From: Bacilli bacterium
GTDB lineage: Bacteria; Bacillota_I; Bacilli_A; RFN20; CAG-826
Length of the DNA stretch: 64,000 bases
Reading direction: 5' to 3'
NCBI GenBank assembly: GCA_024408235.1
Contig: JAKSVF010000002.1
Coordinates: 9,789-73,788 of the forward strand
The notes below the pieces were generated by a model. That model had not been told where the DNA came from and did not search any database. It saw only the letters and a list, made by a program, of their open reading frames with translations. This document shows, one piece after another, positions 16,917 through 25,987 of this stretch; position 1 is the stretch's first letter, and every line of letters starts with the position of its first letter. The position numbers were made by a program, and so were the translations under genes.

Positions 16917-18590
16917 ATGTACATAGAGGAAACAAAACCCTCGAATCTTGCGAAGAACTTATTGATCTTCAACTATGTATTCGTGGACACTTGTTCCTTG
17001 ATGGAAGATTCGTTTCCGGCATTCATGGATTTACTCGTTAAATCTAGAAGCTATTGGAAAGGTGACTTAGAAGTCGTAATTCTTGGCGAAGTCCTTGATG
17101 AACTGAAGAAACATTCCGCAAATAGAGAAAAACCTGATTTGCGAGTATCGGCACTTCGCGCTTTGAAAATCATCAATCACGATAAGAGAAAATTATTCGG
17201 ACGAACATTCAGCATTTGGAAGTCCAAATCTGATGATGGGTTCGTCGATCACGCCTTATTCACGATTGTCTCAGATTTAAGAATTAAGAACAAAATCCTT
17301 GTTATCACACAGGATAAGACACTTGCTAGGGAACTCCGCAGCATGAATGACATGGAATCAACTAGAGGTAGATATATCATTATTGACCGAATCAATAGAG
17401 ATGGTGATCTCGAGGAGAATCCAGGCGAGAACGGATATAAACCAAATTCAAGGAAGATCGGTGCAGTTAACGCACCTAAACTGTTGACAGCATCTAAGGA
17501 GAGGAAACAACTACCTGCTCCAAAGGACGTAAAGGAGATTAAGGCTGCTCCTAAACTAACCGAGTCGTTAATGGCCATACAGTCGAACGACAAACGCATC
17601 AGCGCTAATATATCGAACCCAAACTATCCAGCAGATAGAAAAATTTCAGATATCAATAATCAGCTTGCTCTCATTAATAAAGAGAATAAGAAAGATATTT
17701 CCTCACTAAATCTTGCTTATGATGGTCAAAAACTCAGCGAAACCCTCAAAAAATTGAGTGCCAACGCTGATAAGAAGCCAGTAGAAGCAAAGAAGAAAGA
17801 GGAAGTAAAACAAGCGCAAAAAGCACCTAAAAAGGCAAAGCCAGAGCCAAAGGCATGGTTCGAGTTCGGGTTAAACCCATTCGAAGCGGCTATGAAGGCA
17901 TGCACAAATAGTTCAATCATTCCTCATAAAAAAGATATCGATTATGTGCGTGAGGTGCATGGTGAGGCTAACATCACAATCGAAGAATTACAGTCTAGAT
18001 TAGACAAGATCAACTTTGATAAGGTTGGAACCTGCCATGAACTGAGATTCAACACAGTTATCATTAAGGTCGAGAAAACTGAAAAGGACTACAAGGCTAC
18101 ATTGAACAAGGTTGAAGCTCAGAAAAAAGAGGCTAAACAAATAAAAGTAGAGCCTAAGAAAGATAAGGCTATCCAGGAAGTTAAAACGGTTGAAACATCT
18201 CCTGTAAAAGAAGAAGTCAAAACTGTGGAAGCACCTAAAGTTGATGAATCTAAAAAAGAAGAGCCAAAGCCAGTTAAAAAGAAAAAACAGGCTGCTCCTA
18301 AGAAAAAAGATGAAACGCCTCTAGAATCGCCAAAACCAGCGGAAAAGCCGGTTGAAGAAAAGGTTGAAGAGCCTAAAGCGGAGAAGCATTCTAAAGAACT
18401 CGAAGACGCTCTTGCTTCAGAGAAAGTTCTCAAATGCAACGCAAACAATCCTAATTATCCGGTTGAATCCAAGATTAAAGCTCTTGAGGCGCAGCTTGTT
18501 AAGGCGCGTGCTCTCAAAGAGAGTGATAGACGTAAACTTGGATGGGGAATCAGAGAACTTCAGCGTCGCTTAAGCGAACTCAAAAAATAA
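16917..18590 (+). CDS. PIN-domain protein with a long Lys/Glu/Pro-rich disordered region and a duplicated NPNYP motif
   Basis: The N-terminal ~150 aa carry PIN-like acidic residues (VFVDTCSL, LGEVLDELKK, GFVDHAL, VITQDKT). A strong AAGGAGGT RBS lies at 16897-16904. Two motif copies are present: SNPNYPADRKISDINNQLALI and NNPNYPVESKIKALEAQLVKA. Confidence 0.75.
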   Translation: MYIEETKPSNLAKNLLIFNYVFVDTCSLMEDSFPAFMDLLVKSRSYWKGDLEVVILGEVLDELKKHSANREKPDLRVSALRALKIINHDKRKLFGRTFSIWKSKSDDGFVDHALFTIVSDLRIKNKILVITQDKTLARELRSMNDMESTRGRYIIIDRINRDGDLEENPGENGYKPNSRKIGAVNAPKLLTASKERKQLPAPKDVKEIKAAPKLTESLMAIQSNDKRISANISNPNYPADRKISDINNQLALINKENKKDISSLNLAYDGQKLSETLKKLSANADKKPVEAKKKEEVKQAQKAPKKAKPEPKAWFEFGLNPFEAAMKACTNSSIIPHKKDIDYVREVHGEANITIEELQSRLDKINFDKVGTCHELRFNTVIIKVEKTEKDYKATLNKVEAQKKEAKQIKVEPKKDKAIQEVKTVETSPVKEEVKTVEAPKVDESKKEEPKPVKKKKQAAPKKKDETPLESPKPAEKPVEEKVEEPKAEKHSKELEDALASEKVLKCNANNPNYPVESKIKALEAQLVKARALKESDRRKLGWGIRELQRRLSELKK

Positions 18591-18594
18591 AATT

Positions 18595-18622
18595 AAGGTC
18601 TGAGTAATCAGGCCTTTTTCTT
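18595..18622 (+). terminator. Rho-independent terminator
   Basis: AAGGTCTGA-GTAA-TCAGGCCTT (9 bp including one G-U pair) followed by TTTTCTT. Confidence 0.8.
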
Positions 18623-18651
18623 ATAAAGAAAAGCCCAGCTTTCGCCAGGCT
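18620..18651 (-). terminator. Rho-independent terminator for the 588-aa lipoprotein gene
   Basis: The minus strand reads AGCCUGGC-GAAA-GCUGGGCU (with two G-U pairs) followed by UUUCUUUAU. Confidence 0.6.
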
Positions 18652-18669
18652 CACTTTTACTAGAATTGA

Positions 18670-20436
18670 TTAAGCAACGAATGCTGCGCTTGGGAAGAAT
18701 TCAGGTAATGTTGTTGTTCCAACGTTTCCGATTTCAACGATGAAGCGGACACCATAGTACTGGTTTCCAACTGCTGATAATCCATCAAGTGTTGTGTTGA
18801 TTGTGATTGTCTTTTCTGTTGGGTTGTAGACATATTCCTGTGTATCGAAGAAGTCATACCAGTGTGCTGATGGGTATGCTGAAGAGCTTAATGTGCTCAT
18901 CATCCATGCATAGCCGTTTCCGATCTGTGGGATTAATGCCATACCAAGTGCTAATGCGTGGCCCTCATCTCCATAAGGGGTAGCTGTTGCAACGATGTTG
19001 CCTGACTTGTCTGCTGTGACGCTTGACCAGTTGATAGATGCGAGCATCTCTTCTGTGTAATCGCCGATAGCGAATGCAGCGTGTGATGTATATCCCTGCT
19101 GATTCATTGATAAGTTGTTGACCCAGATTGATGTGACAACATCGCTTGTTGAAGCTTCTGCTTCCCATGTATATGTTCCCGCTTCTTCATCTGAGATTGT
19201 GCCATCGACATAGTAGAATGTGTCATCTTTCTTTGTGTAGCCAGAGATTGCGTTTGTTGCTAAGTCTTTTGAGTAGTATGTTTCGTCATCGACTTTGCAC
19301 TCATATGAAGCTGGTTCCATTTCGCCCCAGTTCTCATAGACGTCTGCTAAGACGGTCTTGTTATCTGTTGCGTGCCAGACATTTGTCTTGTCGTAGTAAC
19401 CGATTTCGATTGTGCCGTTGAGTGAGTAGTTCTTCTTCTCGATAGCTTCTGTCATTAATGAGTTGAAGCCTTCGAATGCGAGCTGCTCTGGTTCCTTCTT
19501 ATCAGCAATGAACTTTTCTACTGGAGCAAGTTTTGTTGTGCCGATGTTTGTGAGTGTAAGTGTGCAGATGTCTTTTGTCTTTGATGCAATTGCGATCTTA
19601 ACTTCGTTAGCAGTTTCATCATATGATGCATATAATGCTGAGATTGTTGTCTTAAGACCGTTCTCGATGCTCTCTGAATCAACGCCGCACCATATTGGAG
19701 CGAGTTTGTCGAAGTAATCGACGTCCATGATTAATTCTGGAGTATCTTCATCATCTGCGAATTCTTCGCCTGTTAACTCGAAGCCGCCACCTAAGACGAA
19801 GAGGTCTAATGATGGGTTGAGTCCTGGGAGGACGTTGAATGTTCCATCGACTGGGAGGAAGTCGTCATCGATTTCCCATGCGCCTGTGATTTCATATTCA
19901 GCGACGTGTCCTGCTGCTGTGTTGAATAAACCAGAGAGGAATGGTGTATTTGTGTCATCGAATGTAAGGAATCCGAAGTAGTCCTGGTCATGCCATGCGA
20001 TTGATAAGAGTTCTTCGCCGTCTGCTAAGACTGCTGTGTAGTTGCCCTTTTCGACTTCTGTCATAGCCTTCTTAAGCTTTGCTAAGTTGTGGGAGATGAC
20101 AACGCCTGAGTAGTTCTTTGGGAGTTCTGTAACACCAGCAAAGATTGTGACCTTGAATGCGCCAGGAGCTGTACCTGTGATCTTTGTGCCTTTGACTTTG
20201 ATGTTGCTTGTTTTAGCCTCAACTCTCCATTTTGCATCTTCTGGAGCGACTGTGACGAATTTAGCTAAGTCGATTGTTTCGCCAACTTCGATTTCAGTGA
20301 CTGCATCTCTTGAGAATTTGATGCCTGTAGCTTCAGTTGAACCCATAGAAGGTCCGCCGCAAGAAGCTACTGTTGTGATTGTTCCTAATCCGAGGAGTGC
20401 GGTAAGAGCAAGGACATAAATGTTATTCTTTTTCAT
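18670..20436 (-). CDS. Lipoprotein of unknown function with an N-terminal Big_2-like Ig domain
   Basis: Lipobox TTVAS-C-GG. The segment EIEVGETIDLAKFVTVAPEDAKWRVEAKTSNIKVKGTKITGTAPGAFKVTIFAG is Ig-like. The gene sits downstream of the M6 protease gene on the same strand. Confidence 0.8.
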   Translation of the reverse strand: MKKNNIYVLALTALLGLGTITTVASCGGPSMGSTEATGIKFSRDAVTEIEVGETIDLAKFVTVAPEDAKWRVEAKTSNIKVKGTKITGTAPGAFKVTIFAGVTELPKNYSGVVISHNLAKLKKAMTEVEKGNYTAVLADGEELLSIAWHDQDYFGFLTFDDTNTPFLSGLFNTAAGHVAEYEITGAWEIDDDFLPVDGTFNVLPGLNPSLDLFVLGGGFELTGEEFADDEDTPELIMDVDYFDKLAPIWCGVDSESIENGLKTTISALYASYDETANEVKIAIASKTKDICTLTLTNIGTTKLAPVEKFIADKKEPEQLAFEGFNSLMTEAIEKKNYSLNGTIEIGYYDKTNVWHATDNKTVLADVYENWGEMEPASYECKVDDETYYSKDLATNAISGYTKKDDTFYYVDGTISDEEAGTYTWEAEASTSDVVTSIWVNNLSMNQQGYTSHAAFAIGDYTEEMLASINWSSVTADKSGNIVATATPYGDEGHALALGMALIPQIGNGYAWMMSTLSSSAYPSAHWYDFFDTQEYVYNPTEKTITINTTLDGLSAVGNQYYGVRFIVEIGNVGTTTLPEFFPSAAFVA

Positions 20437-20525
20437 ATTTTGTTCCTTTCATAACTTTCGGTTAATTACGATACCGAAGAAATTACCTAATTTAAATAAT
20501 TATTTACCGATATATCAAATTTCGA

Positions 20526-22532
20526 TTATTTGATAGCGGCATTGTTGACGAAGTGGAGTGTGCATCCATTCTCGTCCTGTGATTCGACTGAGATTGTCCA
20601 GTTGAACTTTGATCCATCGTTCCAAACCATGTCATCATCTCCGTGCTTGAAGAAGTCTCTGACTCTGTAGTTGGAGTATGTATTTGAACCCTGCATGTAG
20701 CTGTAGTCGTGCTTTTCTGCCCATTCCTTTGTTCCAAAGAGGTTGGACTGGACACCGAAGAGGTTGTAATAAGATGTGCTTGTTAAACCATCGACGCCTG
20801 ATGAGAGGATTGCGCTGATTTCGCGGATGTTTCCATCGACTGAAACCTTGCCATTCTCATTGATGTATGCAGATCTTGAAGGGGTGTTGTCTGATAACCA
20901 GATTGGTGCGCCCATCCAAGTTCCATCTTCGTTGAATGTGTCTGTTTCTGGGATTGGGTCATCTGCAGTGAGGATTGGATCGAAGTATTCGTAGTTGCCT
21001 CTTGTGACGTTTCCGTTTGAATGTGTTCCGGTCTGAACAGCCATTCTTGCGTCGACGTGGAAGACCTGTAATCCTGCGTTCTTATATGGTCCACAGTTTG
21101 CAGATGTGTTGCTCATGTTCTCTGTCCATTCGCCATAGCCGTTGCAGTCTCCTGCATTTACGCCTGTTGGTGTGTAGTATTCGAGAACGAGGTATTCGTC
21201 ATATGGAGTCTTGTTCCATGGATCTTCTGTTGTGTTTCTAACAACGATCATGTCACCTTCGTCTGTGTATGAGTTGAGGTGGATTGTGAAGTTGTCGCTT
21301 GAACCATCGACGTTCATGACGTTAAGGCCTTTGCTGTTCTTGTCTTCACGTAACCAGTTGTAGAGCATCTTGGAGTATCCGTTGTGGTCTCCGACGTTCA
21401 TGTCCATCATGTCTGCACAACCTGCTGGAGCACCTGACTTAGCGCCCTGTGCATCGGTATCATATGAGTAGTAGTCATTTAAACCGATCAAGTGTCCATT
21501 TTCATGAACAAGTGTATGTGCATCAATAGATGGGTTTGGGTAGTAGCGGGTATTGACGAAGCTATATAAGCTCCAGAAATAACGCTGGACTGTTGGCTTT
21601 GCGACGTTTGGAGCTGATCCACAGACTGAGGTGTAGTTCCACCAGAAGTCTTTACCGCCGTCTGACTTATTCTGCTTTGTTGTCTTGTAGATGATGTTGA
21701 CGCCATCGACATATCCGTCGCCGTCATAGTCATAATCCTTTGTGGATAAGCCTTTTTTGTTGATATACCAGTTTGCAGCTTCTTTTACGATTGTTGCCGC
21801 TCCGATGTTCTCGGCCTGGTCCTGAGTGTATTTGCAGACATACTGCTCATCAGATACTTCACCTCCGATATCGAGGTTTCCATAGGAACTGCTGTAGTAG
21901 TATGACTTCAATGACTGCCAGCTTGTTTCTTCTGCTGTACCGAAGAATGCCTTCTTCAATAAGTCGATTTCCTCGGTTGTGTATTCATCTTTGCCGCCGA
22001 CCATATCCTGGAAGATGACTGGGATGACAATCATTTTTGGTGTTCCGTTTGAAGGGAATTTACCTGTGCCCAATGAACCACAGGCCTTGTGTTTCATGAT
22101 GGCTAATTTTTCGAAATCTTTTTTGTAATATGTTTTGTAGCCTTTGCCTTCTTCAGCTACTTCTGGATTACCGTTTGTTACTGTGATCTTAACTGTTGCT
22201 TCACGGTTTTTAACAACTGCGTGAGCTGTGTACTCGCCTTCTGGAAGTGCGTCACCGCCACCGAATGTGTTGCCTTTGTCGTCGGTAACAGAATAAGTGG
22301 TCATGTTCTTGTAATCTGTGTAGTTGTGCTCTGATCCGTCCTTATCGTGGTAAATGACTGTTGGGACGCATGAGTCGTATAAGGAACCTCCGGCAGGGAT
22401 GGTATTATGTTCGACTGTCATATCTGTCCACTTTTCACCAGCTGCGTGTGAGCTTGTTTTTTCACCGCTGGCACAAGCAGTCATTGACGAGATTGCGAGT
22501 AAGCTGAGCAATACTAACTTGTTCTTCTTCAT
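20526..22532 (-). CDS. M6/InhA-like zinc metalloprotease lipoprotein
   Basis: Lipobox ISSMTA-C-AS. The HExxH site is LVHENGHLIGLNDYY. The N-terminal block KMIVIPVIFQD...SLKSYYYSSSYGNLDIGGEV is typical of the M6 domain. AGGAG RBS present. Confidence 0.8.
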   Translation of the reverse strand: MKKNKLVLLSLLAISSMTACASGEKTSSHAAGEKWTDMTVEHNTIPAGGSLYDSCVPTVIYHDKDGSEHNYTDYKNMTTYSVTDDKGNTFGGGDALPEGEYTAHAVVKNREATVKITVTNGNPEVAEEGKGYKTYYKKDFEKLAIMKHKACGSLGTGKFPSNGTPKMIVIPVIFQDMVGGKDEYTTEEIDLLKKAFFGTAEETSWQSLKSYYYSSSYGNLDIGGEVSDEQYVCKYTQDQAENIGAATIVKEAANWYINKKGLSTKDYDYDGDGYVDGVNIIYKTTKQNKSDGGKDFWWNYTSVCGSAPNVAKPTVQRYFWSLYSFVNTRYYPNPSIDAHTLVHENGHLIGLNDYYSYDTDAQGAKSGAPAGCADMMDMNVGDHNGYSKMLYNWLREDKNSKGLNVMNVDGSSDNFTIHLNSYTDEGDMIVVRNTTEDPWNKTPYDEYLVLEYYTPTGVNAGDCNGYGEWTENMSNTSANCGPYKNAGLQVFHVDARMAVQTGTHSNGNVTRGNYEYFDPILTADDPIPETDTFNEDGTWMGAPIWLSDNTPSRSAYINENGKVSVDGNIREISAILSSGVDGLTSTSYYNLFGVQSNLFGTKEWAEKHDYSYMQGSNTYSNYRVRDFFKHGDDDMVWNDGSKFNWTISVESQDENGCTLHFVNNAAIK

Positions 22533-22578
22533 TTCGATTTCTCCTTTCGTTGACCTAAATAAAATACACTAGATTGAA

Positions 22579-22593
22579 AATCATTCAATGATT
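22579..22593. promoter_or_regulatory. Perfect 7-1-7 palindrome AATCATT-C-AATGATT in a divergent promoter region
   Basis: Read directly from the sequence. It lies 47-61 nt upstream of the M6 protease ATG (22532). Confidence 0.3.
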
Positions 22594-22687
22594 ACTTTTA
22601 TTATTTATTAAAGAAGTGTGTGTGCGTATAAGTGAGATATGTCAATTTTTTGTATCATTTTCACGGTCTTTAATATAGACTATCCGC

Positions 22688-23113
22688 ATGTTACCAAGAG
22701 CGAAAAAAGTATTGTTAAATTGGATAATCGCCAGCTTATTATTGACAATAATTTTTATTCCTGTTTTCCTTGCGAATTCAATTCCTTCTGGGTTTGATAA
22801 ATACATAGTATTAAGATCGCTTGGAGATGCGTTTTTTGCGGGTGCAGCAGCAACGCTTCTCGGCACTGTGTTGATACTTATTGGCAGGTCTGGGCTTTTT
22901 GATACAGCCGCTTTTGGATTTGTTGTTTTTGGTGAGAATTTCAGGAAAGACGGCAAGCACAAATACAAGGATGCATACGAATACAAAACTAGACAAATCG
23001 AAAGAAGAAATGTCAACAAACCGTTCCTTCTACCATATCTGATTATCGGTTCCTCAGCCCTCGTTTTAGCTGTAATCTTCACAGTTTTAAGTTTTTTGTT
23101 AATCTCAAAATAG
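22688..23113 (+). CDS. Small membrane protein, DUF3899-like
   Basis: Three to four TM helices and a central basic loop, FGENFRKDGKHKYKDAYEYKTRQIERRN. It looks more protein-like than the overlapping 176-aa antisense ORF. There is no obvious SD. Confidence 0.55.
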   Translation: MLPRAKKVLLNWIIASLLLTIIFIPVFLANSIPSGFDKYIVLRSLGDAFFAGAAATLLGTVLILIGRSGLFDTAAFGFVVFGENFRKDGKHKYKDAYEYKTRQIERRNVNKPFLLPYLIIGSSALVLAVIFTVLSFLLISK

Positions 23114-23164
23114 CAAAAATATATCGATAAATACTGAACTTCGTGTGCATACGCGAAATTAATA

Positions 23165-23193
23165 ATTGACATATTTGCGAATGAGTGGATAGT
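23165..23193 (+). promoter_or_regulatory. Putative opp promoter
   Basis: Perfect -35 TTGACA (23165-23170), 17-nt spacer, weak -10 ATAGTT preceded by TGG. Confidence 0.4.
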
Positions 23194-23239
23194 TAAAAGG
23201 CAGTTTTTTTACGCGCACAAAAGAAAGGAAACAAAAAAT

Positions 23240-25882
23240 ATGAATAAAAAGAACACAATATTAAGTTCAATGTTTGCTCTCTTCATGCTCGCTTCCTGTG
23301 GCGGACCTAAGCATTCTTCGGTCAAGCCATCTGGAGAAGAAGAAGAATACAAAGGTGCCAAAGCATCGGGTATCTATAATTTCTCAGGCGAGAGCTATGA
23401 AGAAAAGGCTAAGATTCTCGGACAGCTCGAAGGCTATGCGATGAAACACCACCTTGCAGGCATTCCACTTTATGATGACGCTGGTTACGAGTTGTTCTCA
23501 CCACGTATTCAGTTAGCATCAAACACATATGTTCCTAACTACGGTTTCGGTGTCGGTGAATCCTCACTCAACCCAACAGGAAACATGTTCAACAATCAGC
23601 CTATCGACGCTTCAAAGGTCTCAAACCCAACATATTTCCAGGCGTATGCAACGGAAGATTCAGGTACCTACAACTATTGGAACTCATCAGGTTCTGATGT
23701 CGCTGGTAAGAACGCTATGATTTCATCATCATACTTCTCAACCAGAATGAACGCAGACAAGACAGGTTATGAATGGGAAGGCGAGCTCGCTCGTGTCGAT
23801 GCTCCAATCGCTCTTGACGAAAACGGAAACGAAATCGACTCATCAAAGCCAGGTTTCACATCAAGATTCTGGAGAGTCCCAGTCTACACAGCTGACAACA
23901 GCGGATCTACAGGCAGAAAGTTCGAATACGCACTCTCTGAAAACTCAACACATTACACAAAATACAACGGACGCGGAATTAAACTCGAAGACTATTTAAC
24001 ACCTTTCAAGGTCATGCTCGACAATGGATATTCTCGTGCATCAGGTCTCATCGATGACGCATCTGGCTTCTATGGATGCTCAGACTATCTTTACGCATCA
24101 GACAGAAACAAAGATTGGGGTCCAACAACTAGAACCGCTCCAACTAAGGACGGATCATACTTCAACGGTGTTGGTATCAAACTCAACACAACCGAGAATT
24201 CAGTTGACTTCAAGTTCATCACTCCAATCACTCAGTTCTACGCTAAGTACAACACAGCATCATCTTTATACTCACCTATCCCAATGGATTTCTTAAATGA
24301 AATCGGTATTGCAAACTTTGGTTTAATCGGTAAGTCATCAGATCCATTCAAGAACGTCGACAACCTCATCTCTTGCGGTGCATATATCGTTGATTCTTGG
24401 GAACAGGTCAAAGAAACCGTTTATAAGAAGAACGCAACATACAACAGACAGGATAGAATCAAATTCGAAGGTTATGTCGAAACTGGATACCAGGATGAAG
24501 AAGCGGCATTCCAGGGCTTCTTAAATGGTGTCATCGATGAAATCACAGTTCCATCAAAGCATGTTGCAGAATATGCATCAAACCCTCTTGCTCGTAAGAC
24601 AGAAGGTACAACAGTCATCAAGATCAATGTCAACTCATGCACTCAGAGCCAGTGGGAGAAGTTCTTCGGTAAGAACGGAACAGCAAGCCCACACGCAAGT
24701 GAGAAGACATATTGGGATGTCAAGCCAATCATGTCAAATGACGACTTCCTCAACGGCTTATACTTCGCTATCAACCGTGCTGAGCTCGCTCAGAAGACTG
24801 GACACAACCCAGCATATGGCTACTTATCAAGCGCTTATAAGATCAACCCAGAAGAAGATTTAGCATTCCGTGACACTTCAGCTGGTAAAGCAGTCACAGC
24901 AGAGTACGAAGAAGTTTCCACAAACGGAATCAAGGGTTACTCACCTGCTATGGCTCAGCAGATGTTCGAAAAGGCAATCAAGACTCTCGTCGACGACGGA
25001 ACATACGATGAGGATGAAACAATCACATTGAAGTTCTGGTGGAGAAAAGACGAGGCTCTCAACAACCTTGGCACAACACTTAAAGGTTACATGGAAAAGC
25101 CATTCAATGACGCAGCTGCTAAACTCGGCTACGACATGAAGCTTGTCATCGACAACGCAGTCGCTGGCTCATCCTACACAGACGCATACTCCAAGATGGA
25201 CCAGGGCGAATTCGACTTCGCCGAAGGCGCAATCTCCGGAAACGTCTTAAACCCACTCTCATTCATGTCTGTCATCTGCACAAACAACCTCTCACAGGGA
25301 TTCACAACAAACTGGGGCGATGATACATCATTGGTCACAGCTAACGATCCAGTCATGTACAAGGGAGTTGCATGGTCATACGATGCTCTTCAGGTTGCTG
25401 CAAATGGTGCAGCTGTTGTTGAGCAGGGCCACAACGTTGAACCAATCAAGTCAACAAACCAGCCAACAGACGATGCTTGCTATGTTGATGGCAAGAACGC
25501 AGTCATCGGCTTCGAAGTTCCAGATATCCTTACAGATGAGGGCGAACCTGGAATCAAGTACACAGTCAAGTATGCATGGTTACAGTTCGCTAATGGCGGA
25601 TCAAACCCAGGCTACTATTACAACTATCAGCCAAAAGACTTCGACAAGATTGAACACACAATCGACGGATACTACGTCTTCACTCTAAAGAGTTCGTTGA
25701 TCCAGTCCTACGCTCAGAACATTTCAAATGCTGCTGGCATGGAAATCGATACATTCGTCTTATTGGTCGGATTCGATTGCTTCTTCATTGAGTCAGGTGT
25801 TGAAAAGTCAGTTCAGGCTCAAGTTTCTGTCAAACTTGAACAGATTGGCTGCGAACCTTGCTCACCAGATACCGGAAAATAA
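23240..25882 (+). CDS. oppA: Oligopeptide ABC transporter substrate-binding lipoprotein, enlarged (880 aa)
   Basis: Lipobox FMLAS-C-GG. It has family-5 SBP-like segments. It is the first gene of an oppBCDF cluster. Confidence 0.75.
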   Translation: MNKKNTILSSMFALFMLASCGGPKHSSVKPSGEEEEYKGAKASGIYNFSGESYEEKAKILGQLEGYAMKHHLAGIPLYDDAGYELFSPRIQLASNTYVPNYGFGVGESSLNPTGNMFNNQPIDASKVSNPTYFQAYATEDSGTYNYWNSSGSDVAGKNAMISSSYFSTRMNADKTGYEWEGELARVDAPIALDENGNEIDSSKPGFTSRFWRVPVYTADNSGSTGRKFEYALSENSTHYTKYNGRGIKLEDYLTPFKVMLDNGYSRASGLIDDASGFYGCSDYLYASDRNKDWGPTTRTAPTKDGSYFNGVGIKLNTTENSVDFKFITPITQFYAKYNTASSLYSPIPMDFLNEIGIANFGLIGKSSDPFKNVDNLISCGAYIVDSWEQVKETVYKKNATYNRQDRIKFEGYVETGYQDEEAAFQGFLNGVIDEITVPSKHVAEYASNPLARKTEGTTVIKINVNSCTQSQWEKFFGKNGTASPHASEKTYWDVKPIMSNDDFLNGLYFAINRAELAQKTGHNPAYGYLSSAYKINPEEDLAFRDTSAGKAVTAEYEEVSTNGIKGYSPAMAQQMFEKAIKTLVDDGTYDEDETITLKFWWRKDEALNNLGTTLKGYMEKPFNDAAAKLGYDMKLVIDNAVAGSSYTDAYSKMDQGEFDFAEGAISGNVLNPLSFMSVICTNNLSQGFTTNWGDDTSLVTANDPVMYKGVAWSYDALQVAANGAAVVEQGHNVEPIKSTNQPTDDACYVDGKNAVIGFEVPDILTDEGEPGIKYTVKYAWLQFANGGSNPGYYYNYQPKDFDKIEHTIDGYYVFTLKSSLIQSYAQNISNAAGMEIDTFVLLVGFDCFFIESGVEKSVQAQVSVKLEQIGCEPCSPDTGK

Positions 25883-25898
25883 TCCAAAAAATAGACTA

Positions 25899-25925
25899 GG
25901 GTCGGTAAAACCGGCCCTTTTTCTT
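25899..25925 (+). terminator. Intra-operon terminator/attenuator between oppA and oppB
   Basis: GGGTCGG-TAAAA-CCGGCCC (one G-U pair) followed by TTTTTCTTTC. Confidence 0.7.
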
Positions 25926-25987
25926 TCACTTGCGTACGCATATGTGATATATTCTTCATGGCAAGCTATTTGCTTGAGGGTATTTTT

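Noticed and set aside
22571-22600. Interpreting the AATCATT-C-AATGATT palindrome as a bona fide Fur, Zur or PerR box, or as a CodY box.
   Set aside because: The half-site orientation and sequence do not match the 7-1-7 Fur-family consensus sequences. Only half of a CodY-like AATTTTCWGAAAATT is present. I keep it only as an unassigned palindrome.
22642-23172. A 176-aa minus-strand ORF overlapping the DUF3899-like gene.
   Set aside because: The translation is low-complexity and unlike any protein family. The plus-strand ORF has coherent TM helices and a DUF3899-like basic loop. I treat the minus-strand ORF as an antisense shadow.
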